Positions 21,675 to 32,113 are shown, counted from the first letter of the stretch. The stretch is 64,000 nt of DNA from an uncultured delta proteobacterium (GCA_963848295.1 CAWKDB010000010.1:4288001-4352000), one strand, 5' to 3'. Made by a program: numbers and translations. Notes: generated from the letters alone by a model not told the origin.

Positions 21675-21923
21675 ATGCAAAACATCATCATGTCAGCGCT
21701 CCTCGCTCTCACCCTCGGTTCGGTCGGCTGTTCGAAGAAGTCGACCTCGTGCGAAGCCCTCATCGAGCACACGGCCGACATCGTACCGGCCGAGATGAAG
21801 GACTCCGTCCTCAAGGATAAGGACAAGGCGATCGCCAAGTGCGAGAAGATGTCGGACGCAGCGAAGCAGTGCGCGGCCGACGCGAACAACATGGACGACC
21901 TGATGAAGTGCCCGCACTCGTAA
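21675..21923 (+). CDS. Small Cys-rich helical lipoprotein
   Basis: Lipobox SVGC plus four further Cys; typical high-GC codon usage. Confidence 0.85.
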   Translation: MQNIIMSALLALTLGSVGCSKKSTSCEALIEHTADIVPAEMKDSVLKDKDKAIAKCEKMSDAAKQCAADANNMDDLMKCPHS

Positions 21924-21935
21924 GAGCGCAGGGTG

Positions 21936-23366
21936 CTAGTCGAGCGCGAGGGTCTGGCCGGTCGCGGAGAGCCCGTAGTTGCACGACGTCGAGCACGACG
22001 CGCCGGGGCTCGCGATCAGCGTGCCGGTCGCGTAGTTGCCGTTGTTGTCGGACGCCTGAGTCGTCGGTCGCCAGGTGTTGCCGATCGCGGTGTATGCGCC
22101 GGCCGGTGCCGACGTGAGGTCGAAGCCGTTCGTGCCGTTGCCGGTCAGCGTGTTGTTGCCAGGGTCCGCCGCCGTTCCGAGATCACACGTGCCGGTGCAG
22201 TAGACGCCGGCGTGCGTATTGTTCATCACCGTCGATCCGCGCAGGATCGCGGCCGCCGTCGTGCTCTCGATCTCGATGCCGTTGTTGAGCGCGCCGGCGA
22301 CCGTGACGTCGGCGATCGTCGCGGTTCCTTCCGTGACGCGGATGCCGATGCCGCACGAGGTATAGGTTCCGCCGACGACCGAGAGCCGTCCGGTCGTCCC
22401 GCCGTACGTCCGCAAGCACTCACCGATATTCGAATACGCGCCGTCCATCACGTCGAGCTCGCCGCCATTCGCGAGCGCGCCCTTCGTCGACAAGTACGTC
22501 GTCCGCGTCATCGTCGTGCCGATCATCTGGACGACCGAGCCCGGATCCTGCGCGGTGACGACGCCGGTGGCGGATTGGCAGTCGAACATCGTCGAGTTGT
22601 TGAGCATGTCGGTGATCGTCGAGCCTTGGATCGTCAGCGACGCGTTACCGAGCGCGAACGCCGCGGGGCCATCGCTGTTCGACATCATCACGTTGTCGAG
22701 CACGACGGTGGAGTCGGTGACCTTGACCGCGCCGAAGCAGTCGCCGACCGCCATCTGTTGGATCGTGCCGCCCTTCCAATAGATGTGTGCGCCCGACGAT
22801 GCGAACAAGCCGGCGCGCGTTCCACCGGTCACGGAGACGTTCGTCAACGCGACGCTCGGTGGCGCCGCGCTCACCGGGACCGAGATGCACGTCGCGGTGG
22901 CACTGCACGTCAAGTCTGTGAGCTGGACCGTGCCGGTCGTGATCTTCGCCCCGGTCGCGAAGCCGGTGAGCTCGACGCCGATCACCGTGCCGCCTCCGGT
23001 GAACGTCAGCCCGGTCTGAGTCGCGGTGCCGGACAGGATCGCCTTGCCATCGTCGACCGCGACGATCACGGTGCCCGGCGGGATCGTCTGCGTGTCGAAC
23101 TCTTCGCCGCTCGTCGCATCGTAGGTGCCGTCCTCGAGCGCGATCCGGAACCCGGCCGGCAAGACCTGGATCGCGTGCCGGAGCGACTTCAACGGCAGAT
23201 CGATCGTGCCGAGCTGGGTGTCGTCGCCGTTGACCGGGTCGACATAGATCGCGTTCGCGGGCCCGCCATCGCTGGGTGCGTCGGCGGTCGGTGCGTCGGC
23301 CGTGGAGGGCGCCGGGCTGTGACTACAGCTCGCGCCCAGGACTAGGACGAGTACCCCCGATCGCAC
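21936..23366 (-). CDS. DUF1565-like right-handed beta-helix lipoprotein
   Basis: IYVDPVNGDD..GT...PLKSL..AI; GTYDATSGEEF; DLGTAADPGNNTL; lipobox GASC. Confidence 0.82.
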   Translation of the reverse strand: MRSGVLVLVLGASCSHSPAPSTADAPTADAPSDGGPANAIYVDPVNGDDTQLGTIDLPLKSLRHAIQVLPAGFRIALEDGTYDATSGEEFDTQTIPPGTVIVAVDDGKAILSGTATQTGLTFTGGGTVIGVELTGFATGAKITTGTVQLTDLTCSATATCISVPVSAAPPSVALTNVSVTGGTRAGLFASSGAHIYWKGGTIQQMAVGDCFGAVKVTDSTVVLDNVMMSNSDGPAAFALGNASLTIQGSTITDMLNNSTMFDCQSATGVVTAQDPGSVVQMIGTTMTRTTYLSTKGALANGGELDVMDGAYSNIGECLRTYGGTTGRLSVVGGTYTSCGIGIRVTEGTATIADVTVAGALNNGIEIESTTAAAILRGSTVMNNTHAGVYCTGTCDLGTAADPGNNTLTGNGTNGFDLTSAPAGAYTAIGNTWRPTTQASDNNGNYATGTLIASPGASCSTSCNYGLSATGQTLALD

Positions 23367-23422
23367 CCTCCCATGATACGCCGCCTGGTCGCGCCGGTAC
23401 ATCGTCATTCATGCGCGCGCAT

Positions 23423-24880
23423 CTAGCGCTTCACGCAACGGAGCGCGAGCCGACGCGGCGCCGATCGGCCATCGCCATCGATCCGTACGACGTAGCGGGC
23501 GGGATGCGTCGTCGTGACAACCGCGCGGCTGATCCCGGCGCGGATGTCGGCGCCGGATACGAGCAAGCCGCCCATCTCGCGGTGGATGTAGCCGAGGATG
23601 TCGAGCTTGGCGAGCGGCGGCGCTTTCATCACGTCGGCCGGCGTCTTCCAGTCGAGATCTTTCGCGATGATCTCGTATTCGCCGGCGGCGGGGAAGTCGA
23701 TCGCGACTTCGGCGACCGCTCGGCGCGGATCGCGATCGCCGATCGGCGCGGTTCGCACGTCGACGTCGTGCCCGATGGCCGGCCCGGGCTGCACGGTCGG
23801 CGGCGGCAACAACCGGACGTGCGCGGTCAGCGCGGCGCGCGTGTCGTTCTGCTGCTGCTCGATGCCGACTAGGCCGCCGGCCATGTGGGCCACAATGCAC
23901 GGCGACGGATCGCACAGGCGATCGTCGTTCGCACTCTCGAGGCCGAGCGCGACCTTGGTCGGCCACTCGATCGCGAGGTCGTAGCCGCCGGCAAGCTTCA
24001 CCCACGTCGGCACGGGTGACGGGCTCGGTTGGGCGGTGACGTCGATGACGGCGCCGACGCGGAGCAGCGGCACGTCGGGTCCGGCGACGACGAGCGGCTT
24101 GGTGTCGACGCGATCGATGCTCCGACCCAGCGGCTGGGCGCGGACCTCGACGGGGACCCCGGTCGCGCGCAGCCGGTAATCGCCGGGCGCCGCATCGAAC
24201 GTCAGCTCGAGCGCGCCGGGGACGTCATCCGCCAGCGTCGTGGTCGCCATCGGATCGCCCGCGGGGCCATACAGCTCCAGCTTCGCGCGCTTGATCAACA
24301 CCTCTAAGTCCTTGCTCGGCGGCCCGGCGAGAGGACGCACGATCAGCGTGACGAGCCCGGCGGCCTCGACGTGGAGTGTGGCGTCGGCCAGCGGTCCGCG
24401 CGGATCGCCCGGCCTGATCTCCGCCGGGTGGAGCTCGACCGCCGCGCCCGGCGCCAGCGCCGCCGCTGGTGGCAACGCCAGCGCGCGCGCGGTGACCTCG
24501 AGCGGTCCGCCCTCGGGCTCGACGCGATATCCACCCGGCGGCGCCACCGCAATCCGACACGACGTCCGCTGGCAGGGCTTCGTGATCCCGTCGGCCCCGG
24601 TCACCGACGGCTCGGCACCAGACCAGGTGATGATGAGGTCGGCGCGTTCGGCGAGCGCGAACGTCACCGCGCGCGGCGTGCTCGCTGCGATCGGCGCGTC
24701 GACACCCGCTCCGGGCGCGACCTCGATCGGCGTGTCCTTCGTGCCGCTGCCGCCGCCCGGCGTGGACGGCACTGCCGGGAGCGCCACCGGTTTTGGCGAG
24801 GCCGCGACCGGGGGCGCCGTGTCGCAAGCGGCCAGCGCGACGAGCGCCGCGAGGGTCAGGAACGCGGAGCGGTGAGCCAT
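23423..24880 (-). CDS. Hypothetical lipoprotein with beta-sandwich (PPC-like) repeats
   Basis: Lipobox LAAC; repeated PGGYRV/PGDYRL/AGEYEI/ARYVVRI strands. Confidence 0.65.
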   Translation of the reverse strand: MAHRSAFLTLAALVALAACDTAPPVAASPKPVALPAVPSTPGGGSGTKDTPIEVAPGAGVDAPIAASTPRAVTFALAERADLIITWSGAEPSVTGADGITKPCQRTSCRIAVAPPGGYRVEPEGGPLEVTARALALPPAAALAPGAAVELHPAEIRPGDPRGPLADATLHVEAAGLVTLIVRPLAGPPSKDLEVLIKRAKLELYGPAGDPMATTTLADDVPGALELTFDAAPGDYRLRATGVPVEVRAQPLGRSIDRVDTKPLVVAGPDVPLLRVGAVIDVTAQPSPSPVPTWVKLAGGYDLAIEWPTKVALGLESANDDRLCDPSPCIVAHMAGGLVGIEQQQNDTRAALTAHVRLLPPPTVQPGPAIGHDVDVRTAPIGDRDPRRAVAEVAIDFPAAGEYEIIAKDLDWKTPADVMKAPPLAKLDILGYIHREMGGLLVSGADIRAGISRAVVTTTHPARYVVRIDGDGRSAPRRLALRCVKR

Positions 24881-24904
24881 CGCGCGAAACCTGACACGGC
24901 GAGC

Positions 24905-26092
24905 TCAGTCACGTCGATACATCGTCATGACACAGGCGCCGCCGAGGCCCAGGTTGTGCTGGAGCGCGATCTTCGCGCCCTCGACCTGCCGCGCTTCGGC
25001 CTGGCCACGCAGGTGCCACACGAGCTCGGTGCACTGGGCCAAGCCGGTCGCGCCGAGCGGGTGCCCCTTCGATAACAAGCCGCCCGACGGGTTCGTCACG
25101 AACTCGCCCCCGTACGTGTTGTCGCCGTCCCAGATGAACTTCTCGGCTTCGCCCTCTTTGCACAGGCCGATCGCCTCGTAGGTCAAGAGCTCGTTCGCGG
25201 TGAAGCAGTCGTGGAGCTCGATGACATCGACGTCATCGGGGCCGATGCCCGCCTGCTCGTAGACCTTCTTCGCGCACGCCTTCGCCATGTCGTAGCCGAC
25301 CATCTTGATCATCGAGTGTTCTTCGAACGACGACGGGTAGTCGGTCGTCATCGCTTGCGCGGCGATGTACACCGGGCGATCGATATTGTGCTTCTTGACG
25401 AAGTCATCGCTCGCGAGCACCGCGGCAGCCGCGCCGCACGTCGGCGGGCAACACTGGTAGCGGGTCAGCGGATCGAACACCTCGGGCGACGCGAGGATCT
25501 CCTCGACCGACAGCTTCTCCTTGAACAGCGCGTACGGATTGTTCGCGGCGTGCTTGCGCGCCTTCTCGCTGATCTTCGCGAACGTCTCGCGCTTGGTGCC
25601 GTACTTCCAGCGGTACTCGCGACCGGCGCCGCCGAACATCTGGGCGGCGGGCGGAGCCGAGTTGAAGCCTTGCTCCTCGTTCATCACGTTGACGAACTTG
25701 TCGAGCGGGTTCGCGCGGTCGTTCCACTTCGCCTGCAGCGCGCCGGCTTCCATTTGCTCGAAGCCGACGACGAGCACGCACTCGGCGATGCCGCCGGCGA
25801 TCGCTTGCGCGCCGAGCATCAAAGCCGAGCTACCGGTCGAGCAATTGTTGTTGACGTTGAACACCGGAATGCCGGTGAGCCCGAGCTGGTACACCGCGCG
25901 CTGGCCGCACGTGGAGTCGCCGTAGACGTAGCCGGCGTACGCCTGCTGGACTTCGCCGAACGGGATCTTCGCGTCGGTCAGCGCGGCCGTGCCGGCCTTC
26001 ACCGCCATCACGTGGTACTCCTCGCTCTTGCCGGGCTTCGCGAAGGGAACCATCCCGACGCCGATAACGTTGGTCTTGCGGGGCATGGTCAT
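24905..26092 (-). CDS. SCPx-type thiolase ('lipid-transfer protein')
   Basis: NVNNNCSTGSSA, LTRYQCCPPTCGAAA, IELHDCF, GHPLGATG and LQHNLGLGGA motifs; AGGAGA RBS. Confidence 0.93.
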   Translation of the reverse strand: MTMPRKTNVIGVGMVPFAKPGKSEEYHVMAVKAGTAALTDAKIPFGEVQQAYAGYVYGDSTCGQRAVYQLGLTGIPVFNVNNNCSTGSSALMLGAQAIAGGIAECVLVVGFEQMEAGALQAKWNDRANPLDKFVNVMNEEQGFNSAPPAAQMFGGAGREYRWKYGTKRETFAKISEKARKHAANNPYALFKEKLSVEEILASPEVFDPLTRYQCCPPTCGAAAAVLASDDFVKKHNIDRPVYIAAQAMTTDYPSSFEEHSMIKMVGYDMAKACAKKVYEQAGIGPDDVDVIELHDCFTANELLTYEAIGLCKEGEAEKFIWDGDNTYGGEFVTNPSGGLLSKGHPLGATGLAQCTELVWHLRGQAEARQVEGAKIALQHNLGLGGACVMTMYRRD

Positions 26093-26098
26093 TTCTCC

Positions 26099-29083
26099 TT
26101 AGATCAAACCTTTGAGGAAGCTGAGCCGTTGAGCGACAGCAGCATTGCCGTCGATCCGTAGCTTGCCGTGTTGATAGAGGTCGCGCGCCGAGGCCTTGCC
26201 GGCCGCGAGCGCGGCGAGATCGGCGTCGCTGATCGTGATCGTCGTGTCGATCTGTTTCGGATCCGGACCGCCGAGATCGAAGGTGTGGACGAGCTCGGGT
26301 TCGGTGACCTTGAACTGGATGAACGCGCGGACCTCTTGCTTGAGGCCCGGGTTCTCCGCGATCCGCTTCGCGAGCGCGCCGAAGATCGTCTGAGCCTTCG
26401 GATCAGACGATGCCGCCTTCGGAGCCGACGCTGCCGGAGCGGCACCGCCACCCGATGCTCGTCGCTTCGCGAGGATCTCGGCGGCCTTGTTCGGATCGAG
26501 CTTCGACAGGAACTGCAGCTTCTGTGACGCCATCACGTTGCCGCTGATCTTGAGCTTGCCGGTCGTGAACAACTTCATCGCGTCGGCCTTGCCTTGCGTC
26601 AGGTCGAGGAAGTCCTGCTCGGACAGCTCGAGCGTGCACTCCGCGCCGCCTTCGCCCTGCTTGACGCTGCCGCCGCCGGTCTTGAGATCGAGCAGCCAGC
26701 GCTGGTCGCCGATGTTCCACTGGTAGATCACGCCGACCTTGCCGGCGAGATCGGAGTTCGTCCGCAGGTATTCCGCGATCACCTCGAACACGTCGGCGGT
26801 GGTCGGCGGCACGCCGGCGCCGGGCTCGGTCGCCGACGGGGAGCTCGCGCCACCGCTCGCGCCGGTGCGCTTCTTCATCTCGGCGAACACCATCTCGGGC
26901 GTCAGCTTCTTCAGGAAGCCGAGCTTCTGCGACGCCATCACGTCGCCGGAGATCTTCAGCTTGCCGCTCGAGAACAGCTTCATCGCATCGGCCTGGCCGG
27001 TCGCCATCGCCATGAAGTCGGCGTCGCTCATTTCGAGCGTGCACGCGGGCTTGCCGACCGCGCCTTCGCTGACCGAGCCGGGCGGCGTGGTGAGGTCGAT
27101 CGTCCAGCTGCTCGTCGGCGCCGACAGGTTGAACAGGAACGCGGTCTTCACCTTCTCGGCGGTCGCGGGGTTGCCGCCGACGAACGTGCCGATCGCGCGG
27201 AAGATGTCACCGCTGTTCGGGATGCCCGCGGGCGCACCGGCGGTCGCGGCCGGCTTCGCCTTGTCTTTCGGCTTCGGCAGCTCCTTCCACAGCTCGATCG
27301 CCGCGTTCGAGATGCACACCTCGTTCTTCTCTTTGTCCTTGCAGCGGAAGATGATCTTGTCGCCTTCCTTCCACATCTCGGTGACGATGGTCTCGCCCGG
27401 TAGCACGGTCGACGCGAACCGCACCTTGATGCTCTTGACGTAGCGCGGGTCGGCGTCGGGCGCGAACGCGTTGATCACGTGGCGGGTCGCGAACCCGAAC
27501 GAGCACAGCCCGTGGAGGATCGGACGCGCGAACCCGACCGCCTTCGCGAAGCTCGGATCCGCGTGCAGCGGATTCCAGTCGCCGGACAAACGATAGAGCA
27601 GCGCTTGGTTCTCGGTGGTCTTGTCCTCGATGATCTTGTCGGGCGCGCGATCGGGCGGCACGTTGAGCTCGACGCTCGGGCCGCGATCGCCACCCCAGCC
27701 GCCGGCGCCGCGCACGAACGTCGTCAGCTCGTTCTTGATCAGCTCGTCTCCCGCCTCGTCGTAGGTCGTGTAGTCGGTGATGACGACGGCGCCTTTGCCC
27801 TTGTCGTAGATGTGCTTGACCGTCGCCTTCGTCGTCAGCTTCGCGTGGGTCGGCAGCGGCCGCTTGATCTCGGTGTACTGCTCGCCGTGGAGCACGCGAT
27901 CGAGGCCGAACGACAGGCCGGGCGCCTGCACGCCGGTCTTGGCCTGCGTGAACACCATGTTGATCGCCGGCACGACGCCGAAGCTCGGCAGCACCTTCAT
28001 GCCCTTGCCCGACAGCTCGTAGACCAGCGGCAGGTCCGCTTCGTTCGTCGGATCCTTCGCGGCGCCGACGCCGAGCGCGTAGAGCGCGACGTCACGCTCG
28101 TCGTAGCTCGACGCGAACTCGGGGAACGTGTAGCCGAGCGCCTGGTCGACGTCGATGAACTGGTTGCCGCCCTTGCTCGGGCCGGCCTCGACGTTCGCCA
28201 TGATCGCGCCCATCGACTCCGCGATCGAGCCGGGGTGCGTCGTCTTGGTGAACTGCGTGATGTCCTTCCACGCGCCGTCGACGTCCTCGAGCCCGATCGC
28301 GCGGCCCAAGCGGAACGTCTTGCCGGTCGAGCGCTCCCACCGCAGCTTCGCGAAGAACCCGCCGCCCACTTCGTACAAGCCGCCGGTGTCCTCGGTCGAC
28401 TCGTGCGCGAGCTTCGCGACGAGCGGCGACACGAACTCGGGCTTGAGCGCGTCGAGCAATTCCTTCGGCAGCACGGTCTCGGTCATCCGCGAGCCGGCGA
28501 TCGGCGCGATCGTGTTGACGATGATGTTGCGCTTCTTGCCTTCGATCGCGAGCGTCTGGGCGAAGCCGTGCAAGCCGAGCTTCGCCATCGCGTAGTTGGC
28601 CTGGCCGAAGTTGCCGTAGATGCCGGCTGCCGACGCGGTCATGACGATGCGGCCGTAGCCGGCGTCGCGCATGTGCGGCCACGCGGCGTGCGTGCAGGCG
28701 AACGCGCCCGCGACATGGACCTTGTAGACGAGGTCCCAATCGGCCTGCGTCATCTTCGCGAACGAGACATCGCGCAAGATGCCGGCGTTGTTGACGAGGA
28801 TGTCGAGCTTGCCGAACGCGTCGATCGCCGACTTGACGATCTTGTCGCCGTTCTCGACCGAGTCGTAGTTCGCGACCGCTTCGCCGCCGGCTTCCTTGAT
28901 CTCCGCGACGACCTTGTCCGCCGCCGACGCCGACTTGCCTTCACCGGTGAAGCTGCCGCCGAGATCGTTGACGACGACCTTCGCGCCGCGCGATGCGAGC
29001 AACAGCGCATGCGAGCGGCCCAAGCCGCCACCAGCGCCAGTTACGATTGCTACTCGTCCATCGAATCGTAAATCCTTGCTCAT
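26099..29083 (-). CDS. Peroxisomal multifunctional enzyme type 2-like protein: SDR dehydrogenase + hydratase 2 (MaoC) + three SCP2 domains
   Basis: VTGAGGGLG, NNAGILRD and YAMAK (SDR); YRLSGDWNPLHADP..ILHGLC (hydratase 2); three GKLKI.G/GKLRIDG SCP2 repeats. Confidence 0.93.
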   Translation of the reverse strand: MSKDLRFDGRVAIVTGAGGGLGRSHALLLASRGAKVVVNDLGGSFTGEGKSASAADKVVAEIKEAGGEAVANYDSVENGDKIVKSAIDAFGKLDILVNNAGILRDVSFAKMTQADWDLVYKVHVAGAFACTHAAWPHMRDAGYGRIVMTASAAGIYGNFGQANYAMAKLGLHGFAQTLAIEGKKRNIIVNTIAPIAGSRMTETVLPKELLDALKPEFVSPLVAKLAHESTEDTGGLYEVGGGFFAKLRWERSTGKTFRLGRAIGLEDVDGAWKDITQFTKTTHPGSIAESMGAIMANVEAGPSKGGNQFIDVDQALGYTFPEFASSYDERDVALYALGVGAAKDPTNEADLPLVYELSGKGMKVLPSFGVVPAINMVFTQAKTGVQAPGLSFGLDRVLHGEQYTEIKRPLPTHAKLTTKATVKHIYDKGKGAVVITDYTTYDEAGDELIKNELTTFVRGAGGWGGDRGPSVELNVPPDRAPDKIIEDKTTENQALLYRLSGDWNPLHADPSFAKAVGFARPILHGLCSFGFATRHVINAFAPDADPRYVKSIKVRFASTVLPGETIVTEMWKEGDKIIFRCKDKEKNEVCISNAAIELWKELPKPKDKAKPAATAGAPAGIPNSGDIFRAIGTFVGGNPATAEKVKTAFLFNLSAPTSSWTIDLTTPPGSVSEGAVGKPACTLEMSDADFMAMATGQADAMKLFSSGKLKISGDVMASQKLGFLKKLTPEMVFAEMKKRTGASGGASSPSATEPGAGVPPTTADVFEVIAEYLRTNSDLAGKVGVIYQWNIGDQRWLLDLKTGGGSVKQGEGGAECTLELSEQDFLDLTQGKADAMKLFTTGKLKISGNVMASQKLQFLSKLDPNKAAEILAKRRASGGGAAPAASAPKAASSDPKAQTIFGALAKRIAENPGLKQEVRAFIQFKVTEPELVHTFDLGGPDPKQIDTTITISDADLAALAAGKASARDLYQHGKLRIDGNAAVAQRLSFLKGLI

Positions 29084-29087
29084 CGCT

Positions 29088-29744
29088 TTATCGCTTTCTC
29101 TTGGGGGCGTCGTTGCGGGTACTGGCATTCGCCAGCACGGTCGGGAACAGTAGCTTCCAGTCGTCGATCAGGATCCGGAGTTGCGCGCTGTCTTTGTGCA
29201 ACACGCCGGTCATCGCGGTGCCGATCATCAGCTGGAGCGTCAGATCGAGCGCGCGCTCGAGGCCTGGATGGTCCGCGACGTCTTTGCCGAACAGCGTGCG
29301 GGCCTGCGCGAGGATGCGGTCGCGGAGCTGGCGCTCGGCGGTGACGAGCACAGGCCGCAGCTCGGCGTCGGTGCGGGCGGCGGTGCGCAGCTCCATCGCG
29401 ACTTGAAAGAACGTGCCGGAGAAGCACTGCCACAACAGCTCGAGCACCGCGTCGGTGCGCGCGCGGCCGGCTCGCTCCTCTGGAAGCTGAGCGGCGAGCG
29501 CTTTGAGCTCGCGGGCGCGCATCGCGGCGAGGTGATCGACCGCCGCGACGAGCAGCTCGGTCTTCGACGGAAAGTGATGGAGCAATGCGCCGCGCGACAC
29601 ATCGGCTCGGCGCTGGACCTCGAGCGTCGTCGTGCGCGCGAAGCCGACTTCGATCAGGCTCTCGACCGCAGCGTCGAGCAACGCGCCCCGCGTCTCGTCG
29701 CGGCGCTGCTGCTGCGTCCTCGGAGCTCTGACCGCTTGCGGCAC
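29088..29744 (-). CDS. TetR/AcrR family transcriptional regulator
   Basis: LLDAAVESLIEVGFARTTTLEVQRRADVSRGALLHHFPSK HTH. Confidence 0.93.
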   Translation of the reverse strand: MPQAVRAPRTQQQRRDETRGALLDAAVESLIEVGFARTTTLEVQRRADVSRGALLHHFPSKTELLVAAVDHLAAMRARELKALAAQLPEERAGRARTDAVLELLWQCFSGTFFQVAMELRTAARTDAELRPVLVTAERQLRDRILAQARTLFGKDVADHPGLERALDLTLQLMIGTAMTGVLHKDSAQLRILIDDWKLLFPTVLANASTRNDAPKRKR

Positions 29745-29752
29745 CTCGGATG

Positions 29753-29791
29753 GGTGTACCGCCCAAGATACAGTCAGTCAAGACTGTTTGT
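29753..29791 (-). promoter_or_regulatory. tetR promoter with overlapping palindromic operator
   Basis: Minus strand TTGACT-N17-TACACC. Operator ACAGTCAGTC-AA-GACTGTTTGT (29770-29791) covers the -35 box. Confidence 0.65.
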
Positions 29792-29852
29792 TAGTTCCCA
29801 AATTCCCGTGTCTCAGAGCGGATAGGGAACAGGGAAGCGGAAGTCGCAACGT

Positions 29853-30494
29853 CTACGGTGCTTCGCACTCGCAGGCGAATGGATACTTGTGCGCGCTGTC
29901 GCAGTAGTAGTCGAACAGCGCGCCTTGCTTGTCGAGGATCGTGCACGGGCCGGGATGGCCGTCGGCGCCGTTCGGCTGGCCGGGAAACCACGGCAAGTAG
30001 TCGGCGGGATCGCCGAGCACGTCGAGCCAGGTGCCTGCGACCGTTTGATCGCTGACGCCGTCGGCGTAGTACGGAAACAGCAGCGGCACCGTGATCTTCG
30101 CGCCGACCGCAGCCGCTTCGCCCGCCGAATCGGCGATCAGTAGATGCGCGCCTTGCGCGTGGCAGGTCGCCACGGCGTCGTTCCAGCCTTGCCGTTGGTC
30201 TTCGCCGGGTAACAGCGAGTAGCTGTAGACCTTGTAGACCGAGGTCGTCGGCGCGCCGGCGATCGCGGCGAAGTCAGCCGGGCACGGTGGCGGCGGCGGC
30301 GCATCGAGATAGACGAACGCATCGAGCGGCGCATCGATCGGCCGCGCATCCAAGTGCGCGCCGTCGATCGCGCTATCGTGCTTCGTGCCGTCTTGCGAAG
30401 CCCCATCCGCGGCGCCGATCGGCGCGTCGCTTCCGGCGCCAAACCGGTTCGCGTTGAAGTTGCACGCGCAAACGAACACGAGGGCCCACCGCAC
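29853..30494 (-). CDS. C-type lectin-like domain lipoprotein
   Basis: WNDAVATCHAQGAHL; W.PGQPN..C; C...YPFACEC; DA-rich linker after VCAC. Confidence 0.8.
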   Translation of the reverse strand: MRWALVFVCACNFNANRFGAGSDAPIGAADGASQDGTKHDSAIDGAHLDARPIDAPLDAFVYLDAPPPPPCPADFAAIAGAPTTSVYKVYSYSLLPGEDQRQGWNDAVATCHAQGAHLLIADSAGEAAAVGAKITVPLLFPYYADGVSDQTVAGTWLDVLGDPADYLPWFPGQPNGADGHPGPCTILDKQGALFDYYCDSAHKYPFACECEAP

Positions 30495-30637
30495 GGGGAC
30501 AGCCTACCACCAGCGCCCGGCCGTCCGAGCCTGATCTACATCGCGGCGAAAACCGTGGGGTGGCTGACAACCCCTCGGTGCGCTTACGCCCTCTCGTGTC
30601 CTGGCGCTGGCGGCTGCGGCAAGGCACATTCCCCGCC

Positions 30638-32113
30638 GTGCCGGATGCGCTGTCGGTCGTAAAAGTCGTCGCGATTCTCGCGGCGTGTCTCGTACCGGCC
30701 TACTACCTCTACGGTCGCACGCTCGAGCGGCGCATCGCGTGGCGCTACTTATACGTCGGCAGCGAAAGCCGCGTCGCGTTCAACGGCTTCGTGCTGTCGA
30801 TCGCCGCGATGGCGGTCGGCGTCGTCATCTTGATCGCGACCGGGGGCGAGAACCCGTACGGCGTGCTCGTGTTGGTCGTCGGCATGATCGCGGCCGCGGT
30901 GTTCTTCCTGCTCTCCGTGTTTTCGGTGTTCACGACCGTCTCGGTGCTCGGCGTCATGCTCGGCGTCTCGGCGCTGACGATCGTGCTCGCGATGACGACC
31001 GGGTTTCAGAAGGAGTTTCGCGACAAGGTGCTCGGCGTCAACGCGCACGTCATCGTGCTCAAGTCTCAGATGACGTTCGCGGAGTATCGCGACGTGATGA
31101 AGACGGCGCGCGAGATCGATCCCGACGTGATCGGCGTGCAACCTTTCATCTTCGCCGAGATGCTCGTGACCCGCGGTCAAGGCGTGTCGTCCGGCGTCGC
31201 GATCAAGGGCGTCGATCCGAAGCTCGTGCGCAGCGTGCTCGATCTCGACAAGCACATGGAGGTCGGATCGATCGATTCACTCGCACAACCGGTCGGGCCG
31301 GGCGAGCCGCCGCCGATCATCTTGGGCAAAGAGCTCGCGCACAAGCTCAAGGCAAAGATGGGCGACATCGTCACGGTCGTCGTGCCGTTTTCCAACATCG
31401 ACTTCGAGACTTCGCGCGCGAAAACGAGTGCCCCGCGGTCGCGCAAATTCAAGGTGACCGGCATCTTCTACAGCGGCTTCGACGAGTACGACCGGCGCCT
31501 GATGTACACGTCGCTGCAAGCGACGCAGGAGCTGTGGGATCGCGGCGATCAGGTGCTCGGTGTGGAGCTCAAGGTCAAGGACGTCGAGCGCGCCGCGGAG
31601 ATCGCGAAGAAGCTCGAGAAAGCGCTCGGCGGCCCGCCGTACACGGTGCAGGACTGGTACGAGCTCAACCACAACCTGTTCACGGCGCTCGATATCCAGC
31701 AGGCGGTGCTGGTCGTGATCCTCACGCTGATCATCCTCGTCGCCGCGGTCAACATGGTGTCGGCGTTGACGATGATGGTGACCGACAAGACCCGCGAGAT
31801 CGCGATCCTCAAGTCGATGGGCGCGACGAGCGGAAGCGTCGGCCGGACGTTTCAGATCCTCGGGCTCGCGATCGGCGGCATCGGCACGTTCCTCGGGCTC
31901 GCGATCGGTCTGGTGATCTGCTACGTCGTCGCGGCGTACGGCTTTCACCTCGATCCCAAGGTCTACCTCATCGATCGCTTGCCGATCGAGGTCCGGCCGA
32001 TCCAGGTCGCGCTCGTCGCCGGCATCACGATGGTGATCAGCCTCGGCGCGACGTGGGCGCCGGCGCAGGCCGCGCAAGCGCTGACGCCCGTCGAGGGCTT
32101 GCGGTACGACTGA
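30638..32113 (+). CDS. LolC/E-family ABC transporter permease (copy 1)
   Basis: LGVMLGVSALTIVL.MTTGFQKEFRDKVLG; KTREIAILKSMGA; TPVEGLRYD. Start chosen by alignment to the paralogue. Confidence 0.9.
   Translation: MPDALSVVKVVAILAACLVPAYYLYGRTLERRIAWRYLYVGSESRVAFNGFVLSIAAMAVGVVILIATGGENPYGVLVLVVGMIAAAVFFLLSVFSVFTTVSVLGVMLGVSALTIVLAMTTGFQKEFRDKVLGVNAHVIVLKSQMTFAEYRDVMKTAREIDPDVIGVQPFIFAEMLVTRGQGVSSGVAIKGVDPKLVRSVLDLDKHMEVGSIDSLAQPVGPGEPPPIILGKELAHKLKAKMGDIVTVVVPFSNIDFETSRAKTSAPRSRKFKVTGIFYSGFDEYDRRLMYTSLQATQELWDRGDQVLGVELKVKDVERAAEIAKKLEKALGGPPYTVQDWYELNHNLFTALDIQQAVLVVILTLIILVAAVNMVSALTMMVTDKTREIAILKSMGATSGSVGRTFQILGLAIGGIGTFLGLAIGLVICYVVAAYGFHLDPKVYLIDRLPIEVRPIQVALVAGITMVISLGATWAPAQAAQALTPVEGLRYD

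Noticed and set aside
29794..29835. ttccc..ttccc / gggaa..gggaa inverted repeat
   Set aside because: Imperfect stem with a long loop; cannot be supported as a terminator or ncRNA.
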